A stretch of DNA of 64,000 nt from an uncultured Hyphomicrobiales bacterium. Lineage in GTDB: Bacteria; Pseudomonadota; Alphaproteobacteria; Rhizobiales; Beijerinckiaceae. The DNA is taken from contig CAIUPE010000051.1 of NCBI GenBank assembly GCA_903900975.1, positions 678 to 64,677 on the forward strand, read 5' to 3'. A program made the translations under genes and the position numbers. This document shows, one piece after another, positions 38,057 through 46,330 of the stretch. The notes under the pieces are model-generated. The model worked only from the letters and a program-made list of their open reading frames with translations. It was not told the DNA's origin and searched no databases. Position 1 is the first letter of the stretch, and each line of letters begins with the position of its first letter.

Positions 38057-38584
38057 TTAAGATTTTGGCCGAAACGCCAGGCAAAAAGCCGGATTGGTTT
38101 CCAGCCGGTAACCGCCGATCAGGTCGATGCCGTAGGGCACCGCCGCAAACACCGCATCGAGACAGGTGCGGATCGCTGACGGTTTGCCAGGTAGATTGAT
38201 AATCAGGCTTTGGCCGCGAATACCCGCCGTTTGGCGGGAGAGGATCGCGGTTGGTACTTCTTTCAGGCTCGCTATCCGCATCAATTCACCAAATCCCGGC
38301 ATCATTTTCTGACACACCGCTTCGGTGGCTTCCGGCGTCACATCGCGCAGAGCCGGCCCGGTGCCGCCGGTGGTCAGGATGAGCGAGCAACCCTTTTGAT
38401 CGGCAAGGTCGATCAGGGCCGCCTCGATTTGGGTCTGCTCGTCCGGCACGATCACGGCAAGGGGATGCCAAGGGCTCGACAACAAGTCGGTCAGGGCGGC
38501 AATGATGCCTGGCCCGCCTTTATCCTCGTATTCGCCGCGGCTGGCGCGGTCCGACACCGTTAAGATGCCAATTGGCGCGGACAT
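38057..38584 (-). CDS. mog: Molybdopterin adenylyltransferase
   Basis: ATG 38584. Motifs: ILTVSDRASRGEYEDKGGP and LILTTGGTGPALRDVTPEA. The longer 243-aa track ORF adds a non-homologous N-terminus. Confidence 0.88.
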   Translation of the reverse strand: MSAPIGILTVSDRASRGEYEDKGGPGIIAALTDLLSSPWHPLAVIVPDEQTQIEAALIDLADQKGCSLILTTGGTGPALRDVTPEATEAVCQKMMPGFGELMRIASLKEVPTAILSRQTAGIRGQSLIINLPGKPSAIRTCLDAVFAAVPYGIDLIGGYRLETNPAFCLAFRPKS

Positions 38585-38765
38585 TTTCTCTAGGCCTGTT
38601 GTCAATGGACTTGCCTTTGCATTATCGACATCTCGGAGCCGTAGCGCGAACCCTATCCTTTGTGCAACTGCGAGAGAGCGATGCAATAGCGAGGCCCGTG
38701 TTGATGGGCGGGTTAGGATGCGGTGCAAGCCCCATCGTTGATCGTAGAGAGTGGAGACGACGAGT

Positions 38766-39587
38766 ATGGTAACCGATCGGGACGACATTGCGAATCTTTT
38801 CGGGCAGATTGCCGTTCAGGCTGCAGTGCCGATCATGGAATTTTTCCAGTCCGACGGGAAAGCCCAGCATAAAATCGATGGTAGCCCTGTGACCGAAGCC
38901 GATCTGGCATCGGAGCGGATTATTTTGGCCGCCTTGGCGGCGCTGCTTCCAGCTATTCCGGTTGTGTCGGAAGAGGAAGCTGCTGCCGGTTTGACACCTG
39001 CAGTTCATGGCCGTTTCATTTTGGTTGATCCACTGGACGGTACGCGTGAATTTGTTCATCGGCGGAAGGAATTTGGCGTCAATATTGGGTTGATCGAAAA
39101 TGGCGTTGCCATTGCGGGCGCGATCTATGCTCCAGCGCTCGACCAGCTATGGCTGGGGGGCACAACCGCCCGCAAACTCACAATCAGGCCAGGTGAAGAC
39201 CTTTCCAAAGCCCGCAATAGCCATTTGATTTCGACTCGTACGCCGCCGGAAGGAGCCTTGCGCGTTGTGGCCAGCCGCTCGCACCCGGATCAGCAAACCG
39301 CTGATTTTATCAGCAGATTAGTCATCGAAGAGCATGTCTCGGCGGGATCTTCGTTGAAATTTTGCCGGGTTGCCGAAGGACTGGCCGATATTTATCCGCG
39401 TTTTGGGCCGACGATGGAATGGGACGTGGCCGCAGGTGATGCCATTTTACGCGCAGCGGGCGGCGTGATGGTCGCCGGAGACGGCCAACCGTTCCGCTAT
39501 GGCAAAGCCGGGTATAAAACGGGCACCTTTGTCGCGCTGGGCCGGGCAAGCCTTGCCGCCCGAGCCTTTCCGTCGCTTTCGGCCTAA
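38766..39587 (+). CDS. cysQ: 3'(2'),5'-bisphosphate nucleotidase
   Basis: Inositol-monophosphatase fold motifs VSEEE, LVDPLDGTREF and WDVAAGDAIL. Confidence 0.88.
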   Translation: MVTDRDDIANLFGQIAVQAAVPIMEFFQSDGKAQHKIDGSPVTEADLASERIILAALAALLPAIPVVSEEEAAAGLTPAVHGRFILVDPLDGTREFVHRRKEFGVNIGLIENGVAIAGAIYAPALDQLWLGGTTARKLTIRPGEDLSKARNSHLISTRTPPEGALRVVASRSHPDQQTADFISRLVIEEHVSAGSSLKFCRVAEGLADIYPRFGPTMEWDVAAGDAILRAAGGVMVAGDGQPFRYGKAGYKTGTFVALGRASLAARAFPSLSA

Positions 39588-39871
39588 TGGCCGCGGATAT
39601 GGCGATATTGCTGCACAAAAGTGGCGCGTAGTCCGCGCGACCCGTGGCGTTCCAACGAGGCTTGCCATTCCGCAAGCTCGTCCAGTGTCAGGCGATAACG
39701 GCTTGAAGCTTCTTCAAGCGTCAATAGCCCGCCACGAATGGCAGCCACTACTTTGGCCTTCCGGCTCGTGACCCAACGCGTCGTATTGGAAGCAGGCAGG
39801 CTGGAAAGCGTCAGCGTTTCGCTATCGGGACCCATGACGCTTGGCGCGTCGGCAAACGATATTTCGGACAT
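39584..39871 (-). CDS. DUF1153 family protein (SciP-like small CtrA-associated regulator)
   Basis: ATG 39871 gives 95 aa. RWVTSRKAKVVAAIRGGLLTLEEASSRYRLTLDELAEWQASLERHGSRGLRAT..QQYR matches the DUF1153/SciP pattern I remember (RW...RKA.VV.AV..G.LS..EA..RY.L..EE...W......G..GLR.T..Q.YR). Confidence 0.6.
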   Translation of the reverse strand: MSEISFADAPSVMGPDSETLTLSSLPASNTTRWVTSRKAKVVAAIRGGLLTLEEASSRYRLTLDELAEWQASLERHGSRGLRATFVQQYRHIRGH

Positions 39872-40104
39872 TACGCAGCACTCAACACACGACATATCAC
39901 AACAATCGAACCGGGCGAGCCGCCTATCTCTGCGGCGGTACCAATCCGAATCACGCGCTATAGTTGCATATTTTGCCACTTTTCACGAAGCGACGGCTTT
40001 TTGCACTTATTTGGTGCTTTTCTGATTGTAAATTTACGTTAGGCTAATTTTGTCGCTTTGACGGGGGGGCGGTCTTTTAGGCCAAAAAGGGGGAACGATA
40101 CGCC

Positions 40105-41688
40105 ATGGTTGATAAAATTTATGACGACAACGCCAAGAAGGAGGACCTGAAGGCTCTTCACTCCATGGGCTACGCCCAGGAGCTTGAGCGCTCGATGAGT
40201 GCCTTTTCGAATTTCGCGATCTCATTTTCAATCATTTGTATTCTGTCGGGCGGCATTAATTCGCTGGCACAAGCGACGTCCGGCGCGGGTGGCGGTGCGA
40301 TTGGTATCGGCTGGATTATCGGTTGCCTCGTGTCCGGTGTGTTCGGTTTGGCGATGGCGCAAATCGGCTCGGCCTATCCTACGGCGGGCGGGCTTTATCA
40401 CTGGGGATCGATCTTGGGCAACCGCTTCACCGGCTGGTTGACCGCTTGGCTTAATCTGCTCGGCCTTATTACCGTTTTAGGTGCCATCAATGTCGGCACT
40501 TGGGGCTTTTTCTCAGGGGCCTTTGGAGCGACGCTCGGCATCAATGTTGATTCGACGACCACGGGTGGCCTGATCAACGAAATTGGCTTTGTCGCGATTA
40601 TCACTGGCCTTCAGGCGCTCGTGAACCATTTCGGCATTAAGCTGACGGCTAAACTCACCGATATCTCGGGTTATCTTATCTTTGCGGCGGCGCTCGCCTT
40701 GACCGTTGGATGCTTCGTCGCAGCCGAGCACTGGGATTTCTCGCGGCTTTGGACGTTTAAAAACTATTCCGGACTCCCGGAAGGTGATGGTGCGGTATGG
40801 CCTCAATCGGATTCCTTATTCCGCGTCTTCCTGCTCGGCCTCTTGCTGCCGATCTATACGATCACCGGTTATGATGCCTCCGCCCACACCTCGGAAGAAA
40901 CCAAGCGGGCCGCTCATTCGGTGCCGCGCGGCATTGTATCGTCGATCATCTGGTCATCGCTGGTCGGTTGGGTAATGCTGGTGTCCTTCGTTCTCGTCAT
41001 TCCTGATATGGATGAAGCGGCCAAGCAGGGCTTCAACGTGTTTTTTTGGGCGATTGACGCACGCATGAACCCAACGTTCGCCACTGTGCTCTATCTGGCG
41101 ATCTTTGCCTCGCAATGGTTGTGTGGTCTGGCGACCGTTACGTCGGCTTCCCGCATGATTTTCGCTTTTTCGCGTGATGGCGGCCTGCCGGGCTCCGCAG
41201 CCTTGTCGAGTGTCAGCAAAACCTACCGCACGCCGGTGGCGGCGATCTGGACGGCATCGATTGCCTCGGTTCTGTTTGTTGGCTTAACTTCAATCCCCGG
41301 TATCTCGATTGGCGGCTCGTCGATCTATACCGTGGTGGTTTCGTGCACCGTGATCTTCTTGTTCCTCTCTTTTACCGTTCCAATCGCGCTGGGATTGTTT
41401 GCGCATGGCACGGCGAAGTGGGACAAAATGGGGCCGTGGGATATGGGTGCGGGCCTCTTCAAGCTCACCGCTGTGCTGTCGATTGTGGCGATGGCGCTGA
41501 TTTTCTACATTGGCGTTCAGCCGCCTAATGATCTGGCGTTGAACATCACCTTGGGCTTCCTCGTTCTGACGGCGATTATCTGGTTTGTCTTTGAGAACCG
41601 CCGCTTCAAGGGCCCGCCCATCGGCGATGTGATTGCCAAGCGTCAAAGTGCGATTGCTGCGGCAGAAGCGGCTGTCGGCGAGCACTAA
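40105..41688 (+). CDS. APC-superfamily permease (amino acid/choline/amine type)
   Basis: 527 aa with about 12 TM helices. The SAYPTAGGLYHW motif is typical of the amino acid/choline transporter branch. First gene of a four-gene same-strand cluster. Confidence 0.8.
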   Translation: MVDKIYDDNAKKEDLKALHSMGYAQELERSMSAFSNFAISFSIICILSGGINSLAQATSGAGGGAIGIGWIIGCLVSGVFGLAMAQIGSAYPTAGGLYHWGSILGNRFTGWLTAWLNLLGLITVLGAINVGTWGFFSGAFGATLGINVDSTTTGGLINEIGFVAIITGLQALVNHFGIKLTAKLTDISGYLIFAAALALTVGCFVAAEHWDFSRLWTFKNYSGLPEGDGAVWPQSDSLFRVFLLGLLLPIYTITGYDASAHTSEETKRAAHSVPRGIVSSIIWSSLVGWVMLVSFVLVIPDMDEAAKQGFNVFFWAIDARMNPTFATVLYLAIFASQWLCGLATVTSASRMIFAFSRDGGLPGSAALSSVSKTYRTPVAAIWTASIASVLFVGLTSIPGISIGGSSIYTVVVSCTVIFLFLSFTVPIALGLFAHGTAKWDKMGPWDMGAGLFKLTAVLSIVAMALIFYIGVQPPNDLALNITLGFLVLTAIIWFVFENRRFKGPPIGDVIAKRQSAIAAAEAAVGEH

Positions 41689-41712
41689 ACGATTTCATAC
41701 TTGCAAGATAAC

Positions 41713-41750
41713 GTGGTCGCGGGTTTGATAGCTCGCGGCCACCTCTTTTT
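41713..41750 (+). terminator. Stem-loop plus T-tract after the permease gene (partial terminator)
   Basis: GTGGTCGCG (41713-41721) pairs with CGCGGCCAC (41734-41742) with one mismatch. It is followed by CTCTTTTT. Confidence 0.5.
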
Positions 41751-41770
41751 GAATCGGTAAACCAAGCATC

Positions 41771-43144
41771 ATGACCTCCATGCCCGCCAAATTCACCGCT
41801 GCCGACGCGCTTGCTTATGTGCGTAGCCGCGACCTGCCTTATGTCCGCCTCGGCGTTTTCGATATCGACGGCATTTTCCGCGGTAAATATGTCAACCGCG
41901 ATAAATTCGAAAGCTCGTTAGAGAAGGGCTTGGGCTTTTGCGATGTGGTGGTGGGCTGGGATTCAAATGACCAGCTTTATGACAATGCGAAGGTCACCGG
42001 ATGGCACACCGGCTATCCTGATGCCGCCGTGCGCATGGTGCCCGACACGATGCGGCTGATCCCGTTCGAGGATGATCTGCCGCTGTTCATCTGCGAATTT
42101 GACGGCAAATGGGAAGAAGTTTGCCCGCGCGGAACACTTCGCCGCGTGCTCAAACGCGCCGCTGATATGGGCTTCCATGTCAGTGCTGCCGCCGAATTCG
42201 AGTTTTTTCTGTTTGAGGAAACGCCGCATTCCGTGCGTGAGAAGAACTACAAAGACCTCAAAAACATCACGCCGGGCTTTTTCGGCTATTCGATGCTGAG
42301 AAGCTCCGTGCACGCCGATTTCTACCGCGATTTGCTCGATCTTGGCCGGAAAATGAATTTCGAGATCGAGGGCCTTCATACCGAAACCGGCCCCGGCGTA
42401 TTGGAAGCCGCGATCAAGGTCGATAGCTCCTTGGCCGCAGCAGATAAGGCCGCCTTGTTTAAAACCTACACCAAAGTGTTGGCGCAAAAGCGCGGCTGGA
42501 TGGCGTCCTTTATGGCGAAAAGCTCGCCAAATTGGCCGGGCCAATCGGGCCATCTGCATCTCTCCTTGCAAGATATCCAAACGGGCAAAGGCGTGTTCTA
42601 TGAAAAGGACAAAGCCCATTCGATGTCGGATACGATGCGCTGGTTTGTCGGCGGTCAGCAGGCTTTGATGCCGGAAGTGCTGGCGATGGTGGCCTCCACC
42701 GTCAATTCCTATTCGCGCCTCATTCCGAGTTTTTGGGCTCCAACCGACTCGGCTTGGGCGGTCGATAACCGCACCACGGCATTGCGCGTCATTGAGGGCT
42801 CGGAAAAATCGCAGCGCGTTGAATACCGCGTCGCCGCCGCCGATATTAACCCCTATCTCGCGCTCGCTGCCGCCATTGGCTCAGGCCTTTGGGGCATCGA
42901 GAACAAGATCGAGCCGGGCGAGCCGCAGACGGGTAATGCCTATGAGGCAAAACTCCCTAAAAACCGCGCCTTACCCCGCACGCTGTGGGAAGCTGCTCAA
43001 AAGTTTAAGGCTTCAAAGCCGGCTCGCTCTTTGTTCGGTGATGCTTTTGTCGACCATTTTGCGGCCAGCCGCGAATGGGAAGAACGCGAATTCCGCCGCG
43101 CGATTACGGATTGGGAATTACAGCGCTACTTTGAGATTATTTGA
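41771..43144 (+). CDS. Glutamine synthetase-family ligase (gamma-glutamyl-amine synthetase-like; PuuA/IpuC/GlnA4-type)
   Basis: 457 aa with the GS catalytic-domain motifs NWPGQSGHLHLSL, DNRTTALRV and RVEYRVAAADINPYL. The context of permease, ALDH and ADH argues for a gamma-glutamylation role rather than Gln synthesis. Confidence 0.75.
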   Translation: MTSMPAKFTAADALAYVRSRDLPYVRLGVFDIDGIFRGKYVNRDKFESSLEKGLGFCDVVVGWDSNDQLYDNAKVTGWHTGYPDAAVRMVPDTMRLIPFEDDLPLFICEFDGKWEEVCPRGTLRRVLKRAADMGFHVSAAAEFEFFLFEETPHSVREKNYKDLKNITPGFFGYSMLRSSVHADFYRDLLDLGRKMNFEIEGLHTETGPGVLEAAIKVDSSLAAADKAALFKTYTKVLAQKRGWMASFMAKSSPNWPGQSGHLHLSLQDIQTGKGVFYEKDKAHSMSDTMRWFVGGQQALMPEVLAMVASTVNSYSRLIPSFWAPTDSAWAVDNRTTALRVIEGSEKSQRVEYRVAAADINPYLALAAAIGSGLWGIENKIEPGEPQTGNAYEAKLPKNRALPRTLWEAAQKFKASKPARSLFGDAFVDHFAASREWEEREFRRAITDWELQRYFEII

Positions 43145-43145
43145 A

Positions 43146-43233
43146 GAGGGCGAATAGGGAGTAGCGAATGGCGAATAGCGGCCATAAACTGCGCCTGAGC
43201 GTTTTACCCTATTCGCTACTCACCATTCGCCTC
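43146..43233 (+). repeat. Long imperfect palindrome filling the GS-like/ALDH spacer
   Basis: The left arm is GAGGGCGAATAGGGAGTAGCGAAT.. (from 43146). The right arm is ..ATTCGCTACTCACCATTCGCCTC (to 43233). By eye about 21 of 25 positions pair, with one bulge and a roughly 38-nt loop. It ends 5 nt before the ALDH ATG. Confidence 0.7.
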
Positions 43234-43237
43234 TAAA

Positions 43238-44650
43238 ATGTCACCTTCCAAACAGGCCAACATACCCATGACCGACATCCTCTGCATCTCCCCCATCGAC
43301 GGCAGTGAAGTAGCGCGCCGCGTATCGGCGACACCAGCGGCCATTGAGACAACGTTAAAAGAAGCGCGCGCGGCGCAAAAAATCTGGGCGAAGGTTCCTC
43401 TTGCCGAGCGTATGACGAAGCTCACCGCTTTTGTCGATGCGATGCTCACCATGAACCAGGAAGTGGTGCCGGAAATCGCGCAGCAGATGGGCAGGCCGGT
43501 GAAATGGGGCGGCGAGTTCAGAGGGTTTGAAGAACGCGCCCGCCACATGATCAGCATCGCACCAGAAGCCTTGGCCCCCATCGTGCCAGCACTGAAAGCG
43601 GGCTTTACACGCTATATCGAAAAGACACCCGTAGGTGTGGTGCTCGTTGTAGCGCCGTGGAATTATCCCTATCTTACCGCGGTCAATTCCGTGGTGCCCG
43701 CGCTGATGGCCGGTAATGCCGTGATCTTGAAAGCCGCAGCGCAGACCATTCTGGTGGGTGAGCGTTTTGCCAAAGCCATGGAAGCGGCCCATCTGCCAAA
43801 GGGGCTGTTCACCAATCTCGTGCTGACCCATGACGATACCGCGAAGATTTTATCCTCAGGTTCCGTCGATCATTGCAATTTCACCGGCTCGGTTGCCGGT
43901 GGCCGCGCCATCGAGAAGGCGGCAGCAGGTACGTTTACCACGCTGGGTCTAGAGCTCGGCGGCAAAGATCCGGCCTATGTGCGGGCGGATGCCAATCTCG
44001 ACCACGCCATTGAAAATCTCGTTGATGGTGTGTTCTTCAATTCGGGGCAGTGCTGCTGCGGCATTGAGCGCATCTATGTGCATGAGAGCCTCTATGACCG
44101 TTTCGTCGAAGGCTTTGTAGCGCTGACCAAAACCTACAAACTCGGCAATCCGTTGGACGAGACCACCACGCTCGGGCCAATGGCCACCGCCAAGGGCGCG
44201 GAGGTCGTGCGTGCGCAGGTTAAAGAGGCTGTTGCGAAGGGGGCAAAAGCCCATATCGACGCCGCCCTTTTCCCGCAAGATAAAGGCACCGGTACCTATC
44301 TGATGCCGCAAGTACTCACCCATGTGGATCACTCCATGAGCCTGATGGTGGAAGAGAATTTCGGCCCCGTCGTCGGTATCATGAAGGTGAAGGATGATGC
44401 GGAAGCCGTTAGACTGATGAATGATAGCCCCTATGGGCTAACCGCCGCGATCTGGACGCAGGATGAGGCGGCCGCCGCATCCTTAGGCCGCGAGATCGAA
44501 ACCGGCACCGTGTTCATGAACCGCTGCGATTACCTTGATCCGGCGCTCGCCTGGACCGGCGTGAAAGATACCGGCCGCGGCGTCAGCCTGTCCGAGATCG
44601 GCTACGACATGTTAACGCGGGCAAAGAGCTATCATTTACGGACGATTTAG
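43238..44650 (+). CDS. NAD(P)-dependent aldehyde dehydrogenase
   Basis: 470 aa with ELGGKDP and the catalytic-Cys motif FFNSGQCCCGIERIYV. An alternative start is at ATG 43268. Confidence 0.9.
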   Translation: MSPSKQANIPMTDILCISPIDGSEVARRVSATPAAIETTLKEARAAQKIWAKVPLAERMTKLTAFVDAMLTMNQEVVPEIAQQMGRPVKWGGEFRGFEERARHMISIAPEALAPIVPALKAGFTRYIEKTPVGVVLVVAPWNYPYLTAVNSVVPALMAGNAVILKAAAQTILVGERFAKAMEAAHLPKGLFTNLVLTHDDTAKILSSGSVDHCNFTGSVAGGRAIEKAAAGTFTTLGLELGGKDPAYVRADANLDHAIENLVDGVFFNSGQCCCGIERIYVHESLYDRFVEGFVALTKTYKLGNPLDETTTLGPMATAKGAEVVRAQVKEAVAKGAKAHIDAALFPQDKGTGTYLMPQVLTHVDHSMSLMVEENFGPVVGIMKVKDDAEAVRLMNDSPYGLTAAIWTQDEAAAASLGREIETGTVFMNRCDYLDPALAWTGVKDTGRGVSLSEIGYDMLTRAKSYHLRTI

Positions 44651-44656
44651 TGGTTT

Positions 44657-44686
44657 GGGGTGTAGGGCGTAGGGCGTGAGGGGTAG
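44657..44686. repeat. Left inverted repeat (G-rich) flanking the four-helix-bundle gene
   Basis: GGGGTGTAGGGCGTAGGGCGTGAGGGGTAG. It is complementary (about 22 of 25 by eye) to 45113-45142. Confidence 0.75.
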
Positions 44687-44730
44687 GAGAGTTAGAGAAA
44701 CCTTCGTTCAAAAGGGAGTTCAACAATTCC

Positions 44731-45108
44731 ATGCCCGGCGCTCAGTCCTATCGCGACTTAAAAGTTTGGCAAAATTCTATGACGCTTGTGGAAGGTTGCT
44801 ATCGGTTAACCCAAGGGTTTCCAAAAGAGGAGGTTTACGGCTTGTCATCGCAATTGCGCCGCGCCGCTGTTTCTATTCCTGCCAACATCGCGGAAGTATA
44901 TGGTCGCGGAAGTCGTCCAACCTATTTGCATTTTTTAAAAATCGCACAAGGTTCTCTCAAAGAGTTAGAAACTCAGCTTCTGCTAAGCCACCGCTTAGGG
45001 TTCGATTCAAACCTTCTATCAGAACCCTTACTTGACCAATGCGACCAACTGGGGCGAATGCTGGCAACAATGATCCGAAAATTTGATGCAGAAGCCAAAA
45101 TAGGCTGA
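44731..45108 (+). CDS. Four-helix-bundle protein (23S rRNA intervening-sequence protein / Avd-like family)
   Basis: 125 aa. YRDLKVWQNSMTLVEGCYRLTQGFPKEEVYGLSSQLRRAAVSIPANIAEVYGR.S is the hallmark N-terminal half of this family. Confidence 0.88.
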   Translation: MPGAQSYRDLKVWQNSMTLVEGCYRLTQGFPKEEVYGLSSQLRRAAVSIPANIAEVYGRGSRPTYLHFLKIAQGSLKELETQLLLSHRLGFDSNLLSEPLLDQCDQLGRMLATMIRKFDAEAKIG

Positions 45109-45112
45109 CATC

Positions 45113-45142
45113 ACACACCCTACACCCTAAGCCCTACACCCT
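45113..45142. repeat. Right inverted repeat (C-rich) flanking the four-helix-bundle gene
   Basis: CACACACCCTACACCCTAAGCCCTACACCC, whose reverse complement is GGGTGTAGGGCTTAGGGTGTAGGGTGTGTG. Confidence 0.75.
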
Positions 45143-45163
45143 AATTCCATTCAAGAGTACCCC

Positions 45164-46327
45164 ATGACCCAATCCCCGACCGCCAATTGGAACTATCCTA
45201 CCGCCATCAAATTCGGCGCTGGCCGCATTAAAGAGCTGGCGCAGATTTGCGCTGATCTCGGCTTCAAAAAGCCGCTGCTCGTCACTGATCCCTTCCTCGC
45301 CACTCAGAAAATGACGCTCGACGCGGTGGCAGCGCTTAAAGCGGCGGGCCTTGGCGTGGCGATATTCTCCGACATCAAGCCCAATCCGGTCGACAGCAAT
45401 ATCGACGCGGGTCTTAAAGTCTTGAAGGCCGGCGGCCATGACAGCGTCATCGCATTTGGCGGCGGCTCGGGCCTCGATGCCGGCAAGGTCATCGCCTTCA
45501 TGGCGGGCCAGACGCGCCCGATGTGGGATTTCGAGGACATTGGCGATTGGTGGACGCGTGCCGACCCTGCAGGCATTTTCCCCGTTATTGCGGTGCCAAC
45601 AACGGCAGGCACAGGCTCGGAAGTCGGTCGTGCGGGCGTCATCACGCAGGAATCGACGCATACGAAAAAAGTGATTTTCCATCCGTTGATGATGCCGAAG
45701 GTCACGATATGCGATCCTGAACTCACGGTCGGCATGCCCGCAAAAATCACGGTCGGTACGGGTATGGATGCGCTGGCCCATTGTCTGGAAGCCTATTGCT
45801 CGCCGTTTTACCATCCGATGGGCGAAGGCATTGCGGTTGAGGGTATTCGCCTCGTGAAGGAAAACCTCGTCCGCGCGTTCAAGGACGGCCACGATCTGGA
45901 AGCGCGCGCGCATATGATGTCGGCTGCCGCCATGGGCGCCACCGCTTTCCAGAAGGGGTTAGGCGCCATCCACGCGCTGTCCCATCCGGTTGGCGCGTTG
46001 CACGATACCCATCACGGCATGACCAATGCGGTGTTTATGCCTTACGTTCTGGTGTTCAACCGCGCAGCGATTGAAACCAAAATCCAGCGTCTTGCCGCCT
46101 TTATCGGGCTTGAGCCAAGCTTTGACGCGTTTTTGAACTGGGTGCTTGATCTCAGGAAACAGCTCAACGTGCCGCACACGCTGAAGGAGTTCGGCGTCGA
46201 ACTCACCAACCTCGATCTTATGTCGAAAATGGCACCGGAAGATCCGACCGCAGGCGGCAATCCCGTTCCGGTGACGGAAGCCGCGGCCAGAATGCTGTTC
46301 GAGAAGGCCTATAGCGGCCAGCTCTAA
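45164..46327 (+). CDS. Iron-containing (group III) alcohol dehydrogenase
   Basis: 387 aa with GGGSGLDAGK and the metal-binding His cluster HALSHPVGALHDTHHG. Confidence 0.92.
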   Translation: MTQSPTANWNYPTAIKFGAGRIKELAQICADLGFKKPLLVTDPFLATQKMTLDAVAALKAAGLGVAIFSDIKPNPVDSNIDAGLKVLKAGGHDSVIAFGGGSGLDAGKVIAFMAGQTRPMWDFEDIGDWWTRADPAGIFPVIAVPTTAGTGSEVGRAGVITQESTHTKKVIFHPLMMPKVTICDPELTVGMPAKITVGTGMDALAHCLEAYCSPFYHPMGEGIAVEGIRLVKENLVRAFKDGHDLEARAHMMSAAAMGATAFQKGLGAIHALSHPVGALHDTHHGMTNAVFMPYVLVFNRAAIETKIQRLAAFIGLEPSFDAFLNWVLDLRKQLNVPHTLKEFGVELTNLDLMSKMAPEDPTAGGNPVPVTEAAARMLFEKAYSGQL

Positions 46328-46330
46328 ACG

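Noticed and set aside
40034-40048. TTAC-N7-TAAT, a possible CtrA box upstream of the SciP-like gene
   Set aside because: Both half-sites deviate from TTAA-N7-TTAAC, which is too weak to call without comparative support.
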